DNA of 64,000 nucleotides from an uncultured Phycisphaerales bacterium (GCA_963792535.1 CAWBWQ010000001.1:352001-416000), one strand, 5' to 3'. Positions 1-10,443 are shown, counted from the stretch's first letter. The notes: a model not told the origin generated them from the sequence alone. Numbers and translations are program-made.

Positions 1-411
1 GTGTTTGTCCTGTACGTGAAGACAAAGAACTTTCACTGGCACATGAGCGGTCCGCACTTTCGCGATTACCACCTGCTGCTGGATGAGCAGGCGCAGCAGA
101 TCTTCGCCACGACAGACGATGTTGCCGAGCGTGCGAGAAAGATTGGCGGCGTCACGCTGCGTTCGGTCGGTGACATCGCACGTCATCAGCGGCTCGCGGA
201 CAACGATCGGCCGAGCGTCACGCCGCACGCGATGCTTACCGAACTCGCCGAGGATAACGTGACACTCACGCGGTTTCTTCGCGGCGCGCATGAATTGTGC
301 GACACCCACAACGATTTTGCGACGACAAGCCTGATCGACAACTGGATCGACCAGGCCGAGCGACGCACCTGGTTTCTCTGGGAAACTTTACGGTCTGTCA
401 CAGGCGGCTGA
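1..411 (+). CDS. dps: Dps-family DNA starvation/stationary phase protein (5' end cut by window)
   Basis: KTKNFHWHMSGPHFRDYHLLLDEQ and DDVAER ferroxidase-centre motifs. Confidence 0.92.
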   Translation: MFVLYVKTKNFHWHMSGPHFRDYHLLLDEQAQQIFATTDDVAERARKIGGVTLRSVGDIARHQRLADNDRPSVTPHAMLTELAEDNVTLTRFLRGAHELCDTHNDFATTSLIDNWIDQAERRTWFLWETLRSVTGG

Positions 412-441
412 TGCCCATTCCTATTTTTAGAAAGCGATCCA

Positions 442-786
442 ATGATAAGTGTAACTTCCAAGGCCGAGCCGAAACTCGCGGTGGTTAAGAGCCCCGGCGA
501 AGAACCTTTGTTTCGAGCCGGCGATCAAGTGAAGGTCTCGATCCGCTATCCTGTGGGGCACTACCGCGTTCCCCGATACGTGCGTGGAAAACACGCCGTG
601 GTGGAATCGGTGATCGAGCCGCCCGCGGTAAACAACGAGGAAGAGGGGTTTGGTCGAAACGCCGGCTCGAAGCGGCATTATTACCGCGTCGCCATTCCCA
701 TGTCAGCACTTTGGATCGGATACATCGGCGCGGCCGAAGACAACCTTCGCATTGAAATTTACGAGAGCTGGCTCGAACCCATTTGA
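442..786 (+). CDS. Thiocyanate hydrolase alpha-like subunit (C-terminal SH3-like half of nitrile hydratase beta)
   Basis: FRAGDQVKV...GHYRVPRYVRGK...YYRV...LW...EIYESWLEP; adjacent to the CTLCSC subunit. Confidence 0.85.
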   Translation: MISVTSKAEPKLAVVKSPGEEPLFRAGDQVKVSIRYPVGHYRVPRYVRGKHAVVESVIEPPAVNNEEEGFGRNAGSKRHYYRVAIPMSALWIGYIGAAEDNLRIEIYESWLEPI

Positions 787-811
787 ACTTTAGAAAGCAA
801 AGGAAACACCC

Positions 812-1471
812 ATGTCTGAACACACCCATTCTCACGGTCATGCGCCGATCGAGGCAAATGAACGGATGAGTTACTACGAGATTATGGAGATCGCCGTTCG
901 GGAACTGCTTGTCGACAAGCAGCTGATCGGCCCCGGTGAAATTCGCCGGCAAATCGAAGTTCTGGATTCGCGTACACCAGCGCTTGGAGCGAAGATCGTT
1001 GCCCGCGCGTGGGTCGACCCTGAATTTCGCAAGCGGCTCTTAGCCGACGGTCGTGGTGCCTGCGAAGAGATGGGCATCTCGTTCTACGATGACACCGGCC
1101 TGATCGTCGTTGAAAACACCGAGAAGGTGCATAACCTCCTCGTCTGCACACTCTGCTCATGCTATCCCCGGCCGGTTCTGGGCCTTCCGCCCGACTGGTA
1201 CAAACTCAAGCCGTATCGTGCCAAAGCCGTCAAAGAACCGCGCGCGTTGCTGGCCGAATTCGGCACGATCATTCCTGATGACGTGGAAATCCGCGTCAGC
1301 GACTCAACCGCGCAGGTTCGCTTCCTCGTGCTGCCGAGAAGACCGCTGGGAACCGACAATTTTACTGAAGAACAACTCGCCGCCCTGGTGACGCGAGATT
1401 CGATGATCGGCGTCGTCCCCGCCCAGAATCCCGCGGCTGCCGCGTCGGCGATCACCCCAACCGGAGATTGA
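812..1471 (+). CDS. Cobalt-type nitrile hydratase alpha / thiocyanate hydrolase gamma subunit
   Basis: VCTLCSCYP metal-binding motif (Thr/Tyr pattern of Co-type enzymes), GAKIVARAWVDPEF, His-rich N-terminus. Confidence 0.92.
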   Translation: MSEHTHSHGHAPIEANERMSYYEIMEIAVRELLVDKQLIGPGEIRRQIEVLDSRTPALGAKIVARAWVDPEFRKRLLADGRGACEEMGISFYDDTGLIVVENTEKVHNLLVCTLCSCYPRPVLGLPPDWYKLKPYRAKAVKEPRALLAEFGTIIPDDVEIRVSDSTAQVRFLVLPRRPLGTDNFTEEQLAALVTRDSMIGVVPAQNPAAAASAITPTGD

Positions 1472-1472
1472 A

Positions 1473-1835
1473 ATGAACACCACCGAAGAATTACTAAAGA
1501 CGCTTCCAAATGATATCGGCGGCGTGGAATCGGATCGTTTCCAGCGTATCGATCTCCCCATGGAGCCGTGGGAAAAGCGGTGCCATGCGCTGGCCGATGT
1601 GCTGGACTTTCACAAGATTATCAATACCGAGGAAAAGCGCCGCGGCGTCGAAGCCATGGGCAGTGAAATGATCGGCAAGCTCACCTACTACCAGCGATGG
1701 ATTGCCGTTTTCGCAACCATCCTGTTTCAAAAACGAATCCTGACGCCCGGCGAGCTCGCCATGAAAATGGATGAGGTCGAAACACGCTACGCAACAGAGC
1801 AAATATCATGCACAACCTCGCATTCCAAAGAGTAA
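1473..1835 (+). CDS. Thiocyanate hydrolase beta-like subunit (N-terminal half of nitrile hydratase beta)
   Basis: NDIGG...PWEKR...EKRRGVE...LTYYQRW motifs. Confidence 0.82.
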   Translation: MNTTEELLKTLPNDIGGVESDRFQRIDLPMEPWEKRCHALADVLDFHKIINTEEKRRGVEAMGSEMIGKLTYYQRWIAVFATILFQKRILTPGELAMKMDEVETRYATEQISCTTSHSKE

Positions 1836-2249
1836 GCCCGACCTGTGCGCTGACAACAAAGCGGATTGTCACCGCGCAGGTTTCCCTGTGCGTCGGTTGT
1901 TGCTGTGGAAACACGGCTCGAGGAAAGCCCGAGGTTCCCGTCGACCGACTCAAGCAGGAATGGCGCGCGCAAGGGACTGTCCAAAGTCGTTCAGCTCACC
2001 GTGAGCGGATGCCTGGGCCCTTGCGATCTTGTCAACGTTGTCCGCATCTCCGGCGACGGTGATGACGTCTGGCTGGGCAACCTCCGTTCGGTTGAGGACT
2101 ACCTCGATCTCGTGGAGTGGGCCCAGCGCAGCAAAGAACAAGGTCGATTAGCTCCGCTCACCCAACGAATGCGCGAGAGCCGCTTCGATCCATTTCGCCC
2201 TGCCGAGCCACAAATTGCTGGCTTGCCCGAAATGAAAGGCATTTTGTGA
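1808..2249 (+). CDS. Thioredoxin-like (2Fe-2S) ferredoxin-family Cys-rich protein (frameshift near 1970)
   Basis: Joining two ORFs gives CVGCCCG...VQLTVSGCLGPC; break lies in a gcgcgcgc run. Confidence 0.7.
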
Positions 2250-2938
2250 ACTCAACTCTACTAATTGCTCTCGCACTTGGGATGCGTCACGGCACGGACC
2301 CCGATCACCTCACGGCGATCGATGGTTTGTCGCGTATCAAGCCTCGCGTCACGAACGGGTTGTTCTTCGCCCTCGGCCACGGCGTGGTGGTAACGCTTCT
2401 CGCCGTTGGGGTCGGTGGCGTGGTCTCCAATCGCGTTGCGTTCCTCGGCCCCTGGGTGCTCATCCTGATTGGAATCATCAATCTTTGGCGCGTTTTTCGG
2501 CCATCGCATGCACATCATGCGATTCCGCGTCCGTTGATCGCGCAGCCTTTTCTGCTGGGCATGCTCCTCGCCGCGGGGTTTGAAACCGCGTCGCAGTTCG
2601 CGGCGTTGATACTTACTAACCAGATGAACGCGTGGCTGGTCGGGGCCGCGTTTACCGTTGGGATGGTGATCGTAGATGGCGTCGACGGCTACCTTGCTGC
2701 GACCACTCAGTATCTCGCAACCGCCGGCAACCCTGCTGCCGCCACCGCTTCACGTTGGCTGGGTGTGCTCGTCGTCGCGTTTTCATTCGGTCTCGGCGGC
2801 GCGGAACTGCTTGGGTTGGACCTGGACCGCATCGCTTTGCCAATAGGTCTGCTGTTGTTTGCAAGCGTAATTTCGATTCGCCTTTGGGCGCGGTCCGAAA
2901 CTTCAAAACTTTCCCACGCCGCTGCGACTGTCAGTTGA
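2246..2938 (+). CDS. NiCoT (HoxN/HupN/NixA) nickel/cobalt permease
   Basis: LGMRHGTDPDHLTAID and FALGH motifs, GFETASQ, multiple TM segments; GTGA overlap with upstream stop. Confidence 0.85.
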   Translation: MNSTLLIALALGMRHGTDPDHLTAIDGLSRIKPRVTNGLFFALGHGVVVTLLAVGVGGVVSNRVAFLGPWVLILIGIINLWRVFRPSHAHHAIPRPLIAQPFLLGMLLAAGFETASQFAALILTNQMNAWLVGAAFTVGMVIVDGVDGYLAATTQYLATAGNPAAATASRWLGVLVVAFSFGLGGAELLGLDLDRIALPIGLLLFASVISIRLWARSETSKLSHAAATVS

Positions 2939-2977
2939 TTCAGGGCACACAAAGGCCAAGGGTCACGGAATTTAATC

Positions 2978-4783
2978 ATGTGTTATAAATCCTGGCGATC
3001 GATCGCCATCGGTGGCGTTGTGATGTGTTCGCTCTCGCAAGGCTGCGGCGACAATGTCGCACAGAGTCCAAAGCCAGCCAGCACTCTTTTGACTGCCACC
3101 GATCCCGGCCAACCTGCGACTTTCGGGCAGGCAATGATGCAGAGCATGTCGACAATGGATCATGCCATGTCAGCCGCCCCCATGACCGGCGACCCGGATC
3201 ACGACTTCGCAGCCATGATGATTCCTCACCACCAGGGTGCGATCGACATGGCCGTGCCATACCTCCTGCACGGTAAGGATCCCACGCTCCGTCGCCTGGC
3301 CGAGGAGATCATTGTCAGCCAGAAGCAGGAGATCGAAGTGATGCAGCTTCGGCTGGACGCACTTGAAAAACGTGAACACAAAGACGTTCAACCGTCACCG
3401 CCGACGACTCGGGCTTCGGCGGGTCGTGACCGTGTTTACACCGCCGATCAGACATCCAACACCGTCTCAGTAATTGATCCGGCTTCGAACACGTTACTAG
3501 GGGTCATTCGCCTTGGTGATCCTGTGCCCGACGCCCTGAGTCCGCTGTATCGCGGCCAACTGCTGGTCCACGGCATGGGCTTTTCACCGGACCATCGGAC
3601 GATTGCCGTCGTTTCAGTAGGCTCGAACTCTGTGACGTTCATCGATACCGCCACAAACTCGGTAAAAGGCACCGTATACGTCGGACGCTCGCCACACGAA
3701 GCCTTTTTTACTCCCGATGGTAAGCAACTATGGGTGACGGTTCGCGGGGAGAATTATGTCTCCGTGATCGACGCGGTCACCATGAAAGAAACGCGCCGCA
3801 TTCAAACCGCAAACGGGCCGGGCATGGTGCTCGTCCGACCGGACGGAAAATATGCCTTTGTCCCATCCAGCTTCACGCCTGAGTTGGATGTGGTCGATGT
3901 GCAGACTTATGAAGTGGTGGCGAAGGTTCCGCAGGCAAGCCCGTTCTCGCCGAACCTGGCTGTGAGCCGCGATGGGACCGAAGTGTGGTTCACACTGAAA
4001 GATTCCGGCAAAACGCAGGTGATGAGCGCGGCCCCGCCGTTTCGAATATCAGCAACCCTCGACACGGGCCCGATCACTAATCATGTCACGCTTGTAGATA
4101 ACGCCGACGGTAAGTTCGCATACATCTCAGTGGGCGAGGAAAATACGGTGAAAATCTATCGCCGTGGGATCAAGCCAGAGCTGGTGGCAAAAATTCCTAC
4201 AGGCGACCTGCCGCACGGTCTGTGGGGATCAGCCGATGGAACGCGTGTATACGTCGGCCTGGAGAACCAGGACGCCGTCTCAGCCATCGATACCCATACC
4301 AATACCGTGATCGCTACCATTCCAATCGGCCAGCAACCGCAGGCATTGGTCTACGTTCCCGACGCGGTTCCAGATGGCGACGGCACAGCGAACTTGACAC
4401 CGCTCGAGCACACCGGCGACGCCCTGCACCTCACGCTCATTCCCTCCACATCCAACACTTCCAAGGCCCACGCGACTGTTTCGGTTAATGCAATTGGGCC
4501 TCTGGATCTGCTCGAAGCAGCCGTCTCCGGCTTGAAGCCAGGCCAGATGTACACGTTGTGGCTCGTCTCCTCGCAATCTACGGCGGCAGGGGATCGCGAA
4601 GCTCTCGTCACGTTCAAAACCAATATCGCCGGTGCGCAGGTCACTCAGGCAATCGCACCGTTGCGAAGGGTTCTTGCGCAACAACTTGATGGCGCGATCC
4701 AGCGTGGCGAGCAACGCTTCCTGATGGTCACAGAAGCCGGCAAGGATTCACCCGTCCTCACACAAGGCGACCTTCAGCCCTGA
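2978..4783 (+). CDS. Exported DUF305 (CopM-like, Met/His-rich) plus YVTN/YncE beta-propeller fusion protein
   Basis: Signal/lipoprotein-like N-terminus, DPDHDFAAMMIPHHQGAIDMA, repeated TVSVID...VG..PH blades. Confidence 0.8.
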   Translation: MCYKSWRSIAIGGVVMCSLSQGCGDNVAQSPKPASTLLTATDPGQPATFGQAMMQSMSTMDHAMSAAPMTGDPDHDFAAMMIPHHQGAIDMAVPYLLHGKDPTLRRLAEEIIVSQKQEIEVMQLRLDALEKREHKDVQPSPPTTRASAGRDRVYTADQTSNTVSVIDPASNTLLGVIRLGDPVPDALSPLYRGQLLVHGMGFSPDHRTIAVVSVGSNSVTFIDTATNSVKGTVYVGRSPHEAFFTPDGKQLWVTVRGENYVSVIDAVTMKETRRIQTANGPGMVLVRPDGKYAFVPSSFTPELDVVDVQTYEVVAKVPQASPFSPNLAVSRDGTEVWFTLKDSGKTQVMSAAPPFRISATLDTGPITNHVTLVDNADGKFAYISVGEENTVKIYRRGIKPELVAKIPTGDLPHGLWGSADGTRVYVGLENQDAVSAIDTHTNTVIATIPIGQQPQALVYVPDAVPDGDGTANLTPLEHTGDALHLTLIPSTSNTSKAHATVSVNAIGPLDLLEAAVSGLKPGQMYTLWLVSSQSTAAGDREALVTFKTNIAGAQVTQAIAPLRRVLAQQLDGAIQRGEQRFLMVTEAGKDSPVLTQGDLQP

Positions 4784-4977
4784 TAGGAAACTAATGTTTC
4801 CGTCGGGCCAGGTCTCTATCCGGTAAGCCTTCGACTCTCGCCTTTAGATTCACATAAACGCCGATAATTCACGTTTTATTCGCGGCCCAAGGATTGCTTT
4901 AGCGAGAGTCGAGTCAATGTACTTCGATCCTGCAGTTGAGTTTTATTCCTGCTGATCTGCTCCAACAAAAGGTCCCA

Positions 4978-5310
4978 ATGCGTGTCGCAAAGTTTTCCCT
5001 TGTGGCTTTATTGCTCATCGTTAGCGCGGGGTGTGAGAGCACAACGCCGACTGCCTCCCACGTTATGTCTGAAGGTCCGCAGCGAGCGGTCCTTGTAAGT
5101 ACCAACGGCGGAAGCACCACGATCTTCCTTCCATCGAACGATCCGAAGAAGCCTCTCATGCTATGCAGCGCCGGGGCAGAGATGTGCTCTGAATGTAAGG
5201 CGGCAGCGGTCAAGTATTTCGAAGACGGAGTGCTCGAGCCCAAGTGCCCTAAGTGCGGCGCGACCCGAACACTGCTTGCCCCGTCTACGCCCGACATTGC
5301 ACATCAGTGA
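4978..5310 (+). CDS. Small lipoprotein with two CxxC pairs
   Basis: MRVAKFSLVALLLIVSAG-C lipobox; CSEC and CPKC. Confidence 0.6.
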   Translation: MRVAKFSLVALLLIVSAGCESTTPTASHVMSEGPQRAVLVSTNGGSTTIFLPSNDPKKPLMLCSAGAEMCSECKAAAVKYFEDGVLEPKCPKCGATRTLLAPSTPDIAHQ

Positions 5311-5352
5311 GTCCGACTGCTTTTGCGGAATGATTTTTGAAGGAAGTCTCAC

Positions 5353-6327
5353 ATGTTGAAGCCATCGATAACAAATTCCAATACCACGTTTGGCATATCT
5401 CGCCGTCGCTTCATCGCTACGGCAAGTCTCACCGCAGCGGCGGTGATGTGCGCACCCCGCAGGCTTTTCGCGGAAGACGGCACCATCGTCGGGAAAATCA
5501 ACGAAGTCGCTGCGATGAATAAGATCACCGTGCAGCCGCTGCGGGGGAATTTGAGTGTGCTCATGGGCTCCGGCGGGAACATTGCTGTGTTGCCCGGTCG
5601 CGATGGAAAGCTGCTGATTGATGCCGGAATTGCCGTCTCGCAACCGGGAATCACCAAAGCCCTGAACGGCATCAGCGACGACCCAATTCGGCATCTCGTC
5701 AGCACGCACTGGCACTTCGACCACACCAATGGAAACAATTGGCTGCACGAGGCCGGCGCGGAAATCACAGCTCACGAAAACACGCGCAAGCGTCTTCTGG
5801 TTCGTCATCGCGTGCAGGGTTGGCGTTTCACTTTTCCGGCTGCGCCAAAAGGGGGGTTGCCAACGACGCTGTTTAAGGACCACCTCACGCTGGATCTCAA
5901 CGGTGAGCAAATCGAGCTGGATTACTACCTGCCCGCTCACACCGATAGCGACATCTCGGTGCATTTTACAAAAGCGGATGTGATTCACGTAGCCGACACA
6001 TTCTGGAACGGTGTTTATCCGTTCATTGATACCTCGTCGGGCGGAAACATCGACGGATCAATCGCCGCCGCCGAAGCGAATGTTGCCCGAGTGGGCGATC
6101 AGACCATTGTGATCCCAGGCCACGGGCCGGTTGGCAACAAAGCGGACCTCATCGAATTTCGTGACATGTTGGTTGCGATTCGCGAGAAGGTTTCCGCCCT
6201 GAAGGAGTCCGGCAGGACACTCGAGCAAACGCAAGCCGCCAGGCCAACCGCGGAGTTTGACCACAAGTGGGGCGGCTTCGTCATTTCTCCAGACCTATTT
6301 ATCGAGACCGTTTACCAGGGTGTTTAA
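5353..6327 (+). CDS. Tat-exported metallo-beta-lactamase-fold hydrolase (cyclase-like)
   Basis: SRRRFI twin-arginine signal; THWHFDH, AHTDSD, IPGHG. Confidence 0.88.
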   Translation: MLKPSITNSNTTFGISRRRFIATASLTAAAVMCAPRRLFAEDGTIVGKINEVAAMNKITVQPLRGNLSVLMGSGGNIAVLPGRDGKLLIDAGIAVSQPGITKALNGISDDPIRHLVSTHWHFDHTNGNNWLHEAGAEITAHENTRKRLLVRHRVQGWRFTFPAAPKGGLPTTLFKDHLTLDLNGEQIELDYYLPAHTDSDISVHFTKADVIHVADTFWNGVYPFIDTSSGGNIDGSIAAAEANVARVGDQTIVIPGHGPVGNKADLIEFRDMLVAIREKVSALKESGRTLEQTQAARPTAEFDHKWGGFVISPDLFIETVYQGV

Positions 6328-6390
6328 AGCCGCCGGAATTCGCAGTCGTGCCGCTCGTAGTTTGCTTTGCAACCAGAAGAGGACGCTTTT

Positions 6391-7293
6391 ATGAAACGCA
6401 CAGTATTGATCACAGGTGCAACCGGGGACACGGGACGAGCGGCAGTTGAAGAATCAAACAAACGCGGCATGAATGTCCGCGCGATGGTGCATCGCATAAA
6501 CGATCGCTCGGTGGAACTGGAGAAGCTTGGGGCTGAGGTTCTAACCGGCGATCTCCATCTGATCGACGAAATCAGTGCGGCGATGGAAGGGGTCGATGCA
6601 GCCTATTTTGTGTATCCAGTCGATCCCGGCGTCGTGGACGCGACCGTTAAATTCGCCCAGGCGGCTATAGAAGCAGGTGTCGCGGCGATCGTGAATCTAT
6701 CGCAACGGTCGGCCAGTCGCACCTCGAGGAGCCATTCGTGCCAGGACACCTGGATTGCCGAGAGGGTGCTTAACAACTTCGGTCTTGCGGTTACGCATCT
6801 CCGTCCTACTTATTTTCTTGAATGGCTCTTGTACCCCTGGCAGCTACCGGAGTTTATTGAAAAAGATATTCTTCGACTGCCTGTTGGCGACGGGCGTCAC
6901 GCCCCCATTGCCGCGGCCGATCAGGGAAGAGTGATCGCCGCCATCCTGCAAAACCCGGCTGCACACGCCGGCCAGACTTACCCGTTGTTTGGCCCGGTCG
7001 AGATGAACCACGAACAGATGGCAGCCGAACTGACCGAAGCGCTCGGCCGCAGAATTGTGTTCCAGAATGTGTCCATCGACGAGTATTGCGAGCCACTAGG
7101 TGCGATGGGGTTGTCGGCCTACATGATCCAGCACTTTCGCGGCGCGATGATTGATTACCAGCACGGCGTAATGTCGGGAATGAACGACAACGTCGAGAGA
7201 TTGTCCGGCCAGAAGCCCATGACCGTCGGCGAGTTCGCGCTTACACATCGATCAACTAAATCCAAAGCCCATTCCCGTGGCTTAAACAAGTGA
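6391..7293 (+). CDS. NmrA-family NAD(P)-binding protein (C-terminus possibly frameshifted)
   Basis: ITGATGDTG Rossmann motif, LRPTYF. Confidence 0.85.
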   Translation: MKRTVLITGATGDTGRAAVEESNKRGMNVRAMVHRINDRSVELEKLGAEVLTGDLHLIDEISAAMEGVDAAYFVYPVDPGVVDATVKFAQAAIEAGVAAIVNLSQRSASRTSRSHSCQDTWIAERVLNNFGLAVTHLRPTYFLEWLLYPWQLPEFIEKDILRLPVGDGRHAPIAAADQGRVIAAILQNPAAHAGQTYPLFGPVEMNHEQMAAELTEALGRRIVFQNVSIDEYCEPLGAMGLSAYMIQHFRGAMIDYQHGVMSGMNDNVERLSGQKPMTVGEFALTHRSTKSKAHSRGLNK

Positions 7294-7321
7294 GCCATTA
7301 TTTTTACCGAAGGATCCGACC

Positions 7322-7687
7322 ATGAATGAAGCATCCAAAATATCGAACGCTGCGTCTAAACCGTCCAATCGACCTTTTCCTGATGTACCGACGACACGGA
7401 TAATGGCGTACGGCCGGTTTACCTCTCCGCCAACGCCCGAGCAGGTTAAGTCTATTTTTCCACGTGAGGTTCCAGCAACAGTTCGCCTGTACCTCGCCGG
7501 AAAGATCGATCAATGGTGGGCGCGTCAGGATCAGACAGGACCGGTCTTCATCTTGAATACCACATCAATTCCTGAAGCCCGCGCCATCCTGGAAAAACTT
7601 CCGCTGGGTGAAGCAAAGCTCATGGAATTCGAATTCACCGAGCTCACCCCATTGGCACCGCTTCACTGGCTGCTCGGCGCAGGTTGA
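7322..7687 (+). CDS. Muconolactone delta-isomerase-like dimeric alpha-beta barrel protein
   Basis: [11 protein letters not shown]...GPVFILN...[11 protein letters not shown] pattern. Confidence 0.6.
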   Translation: MNEASKISNAASKPSNRPFPDVPTTRIMAYGRFTSPPTPEQVKSIFPREVPATVRLYLAGKIDQWWARQDQTGPVFILNTTSIPEARAILEKLPLGEAKLMEFEFTELTPLAPLHWLLGAG

Positions 7688-7721
7688 TCGGCCACCGATG
7701 TCACACCGAAGGAGTAGGACC

Positions 7722-8711
7722 ATGTTTGAACCAGGCTCGATACAACACACGTCCGTTTCACGCCGCGGTTTGCTAATTGGTGGTTTGACCGCACTAGCGG
7801 CCGCTGCACTGCCGACCCTGCCCGGCTGTGCATCAACAGGCGAACCGGCAGCATCAACTACTTTGTTTACTAACCCAGGAAAGAAACCCATGAACACAAT
7901 TACCACTAAAGACGGCACGCAGATTTATTTTAAGGATTGGGGGACCGGCCAGCCCGTAGTCTTCAGCCATGGATGGCCGTTATCCGCCGACGCGTTTGAA
8001 GATCAGATGTTCTTCTTCGCGTCGCGCGGATATCGCTGCATCGCCCACGATCGCCGGGGCCATGGACGCTCCAGCCAGCCGTGGAACGGCAACGATCTGG
8101 ACACCTACGCGGACGATCTCGCCGAGCTAACCGAGAAACTCGACCTGCAAAACGCGATTCACGTTGGCCATTCCACCGGCGGTGGCGAAGTCACACGCTA
8201 TATCGGCCGCCACGGCACCGGGCGCGTTGCAAAGGCTGTCCTCATCGGGGCAATTCCGCCGCTGATGTTGAAGACGCCGGCTAATCCTGCCGGGCTGCCC
8301 ATCGATGCATTTGACCAGCTTCGGGCGGCGGTCGTCGAGGATCGGTCTAAATTCTGGAAGGACCTGAGCATGCTATTCTACGGTTACAACCGTCCAGGCG
8401 CGTTGATCTCCGAAGGAGTGCGCGACTCGTTCTGGTTGCAGAGCATGATGGCGGGCTTTCCGGCTTCATACTTTTGCATCAAGGCGTTTTCCGAAACGGA
8501 TCTCACCGAGGACCTCAAACGGTTTGATGTGCCGACACTCATCCTGCACGGCGACGATGACCAGATCGTACCGATCGGCGCATCGGCCATGCTGTCCTCG
8601 AAGATCGTCAGGAACGCCAAGCTTGTGGTCTACAAAGGCGCGCCGCACGGCATGTGCACGACCTTGAAACACCGAGTGAACGAAGAACTGTTTGCCTTTT
8701 TTCGTGCGTAA
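7722..8711 (+). CDS. Non-heme chloroperoxidase/perhydrolase-type alpha/beta hydrolase with Tat-lipoprotein-like N-terminal extension
   Basis: FSHGWPL, GHSTGG nucleophile elbow, [20 protein letters not shown] and LPGC upstream; GGAG RBS before 7722. Confidence 0.88.
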   Translation: MFEPGSIQHTSVSRRGLLIGGLTALAAAALPTLPGCASTGEPAASTTLFTNPGKKPMNTITTKDGTQIYFKDWGTGQPVVFSHGWPLSADAFEDQMFFFASRGYRCIAHDRRGHGRSSQPWNGNDLDTYADDLAELTEKLDLQNAIHVGHSTGGGEVTRYIGRHGTGRVAKAVLIGAIPPLMLKTPANPAGLPIDAFDQLRAAVVEDRSKFWKDLSMLFYGYNRPGALISEGVRDSFWLQSMMAGFPASYFCIKAFSETDLTEDLKRFDVPTLILHGDDDQIVPIGASAMLSSKIVRNAKLVVYKGAPHGMCTTLKHRVNEELFAFFRA

Positions 8712-8800
8712 AACGCGACGGCAAGTTGCATCCGTGTCAGTTCGCAGGCCCTGTACGTCCGGCCACTCTGCAATTCACTTATACCTTCAGGAGATTTATC

Positions 8801-9783
8801 ATGGTCAACCGTTTTAATTACATTGCTGCGCTGGGCCTTTACGCCATCGCAATTGGGATCGTCCTTAGCCCGCCGGCGTTCGGCGACGACATCGCCGTGC
8901 ATTACCACACGGTGAAAATCGATGGCGTCAATATCTTTTACCGTGAAGCCGGTCCGAAAGACGCTCCGGCGGTTCTGTTGCTCCACGGCTTTCCCGCATC
9001 TTCGTTCATGTTTCGAAATCTTATTCCGCTACTGGCAACACGCTATCATGTGATCGCGCCGGATTATCCCGGCTACGGCCAAAGCGATGCGCCGGATCAT
9101 GCCTCGTTCAAATACACCTTTGATCACTTGGCAGGCATCGTTGATCAACTCACTCGGATGTTGAAGCTGGAAAAATTCGCGATTTACGTTCAGGACTACG
9201 GCGCCCTGTGGGATACCGCATCGCATCGGCGCATCCCGAACGCATCACCGGCATCATCGTGCAGAATGGGAACGCCTACATCGAAGGACTGCCTGACGCT
9301 TTCTGGGGCCCGATCGAAGCATACTGGGCCGATCGATCGCCGCAGAACCGCGCAAGGCTCGAAGGCGTGCTCACGCCTGACGGTTACAAATCACAATACC
9401 TCACCGGCGTCAAAGACCCGGCGGTTATCAGCCCTGATGGCTGGACCTCCGACGCGGCCAATCTTTCCCGCCCTGGCAATAAAGATATTCAGCTCGATCT
9501 CCTGCTCGACTACGGGTCCAACCCACCTTTGTATCCCAGGTGGCAGGAATACTTCCGAACCTCACAGCCACCGATGCTGATCGCCTGGGGTAAAAACGAT
9601 TTCATCTTCCCGCCCACCGGCGCAGAACCCTACAAGCGTGATATCAAAGATCTTGATTTCCACCTGCTTGATACCGGCCATTTTGCTCTGGAAGACAAAG
9701 GCCCCGAGATTGCCGGCCTGATGTTAAACTTTCTCGATAAGCATTCCGGAAATTCTCGCACCTCCATGGGGAGCGCACGCTGA
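8801..9783 (+). CDS. Secreted alpha/beta hydrolase, epoxide hydrolase/haloalkane dehalogenase-like (frameshift near 9207)
   Basis: [26 protein letters not shown] spread over two frames. Confidence 0.85.
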
Positions 9784-9817
9784 GATGTTTCTGCGAAACG
9801 CAAACCAGGGAGTTGTC

Positions 9818-10283
9818 ATGGTATCCCGTCCTCCACTGCCGCCATTTACGCTCGAAACAGCGATTCAAAAAGTCAGGCTTGCCGAAGACGGTTGGAATTC
9901 GCGAGACCCGCAGAAGGTAGCGATGGCATACACAGTTGATTCGCGATGGCGAAATCGGGCCGAATTCATTACTGGCCGGGAAAATATCACCGCGTTCCTC
10001 GCCCGCAAATGGTCTACCGAGTTGGATTACCGCCTGATCAAAGAGCTGTGGTGCTTTTGTGAGAACCGTATTGCCGTTCGTTTTGCGTACGAGTGCCGGG
10101 ACGACTCAGGCAATTGGAAGCGCGCGCATGGAAATGAAAACTGGGAGTTCGACGAGGCCGGCCTGATGCGCGAGACACGCCAGCATCAACGACTTGCCGA
10201 TCAATGAGTCGGACCGCAAATTTCACTGGGTGCTTGGCCGCCGACCCGACAATCACGCAAGCCTGTCTGATCTGGGACTTTGA
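9818..10283 (+). CDS. DUF1348 / SnoaL-like NTF2-fold protein (frameshift near 10175)
   Basis: [37 protein letters not shown]; typical SLSDLGL end in the shifted frame. Confidence 0.85.
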
Positions 10284-10331
10284 AGGAGAATCTCGTTCTC
10301 TTCCGTCCCTTACGAACCCTTCCCCATCGCC

Positions 10332-10369
10332 CCGCGCCGTGGTTTGCCCGACCACGGCGCGGTTTTTTT
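10332..10369 (+). terminator. Rho-independent terminator
   Basis: CCGCGCCGTGGT/ACCACGGCGCGG stem followed by a T7 run. Confidence 0.8.
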
Positions 10370-10443
10370 ACTTAGCTTTTCATTGCCTCACCTCGCACCT
10401 GCAGGGTCTCACCCTCCGGCACAGTTCTTGCCAAGCGCGAGGC

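Noticed and set aside
4978..5310. c-type cytochrome
   Set aside because: CxxC motifs are followed by K and G, not H.
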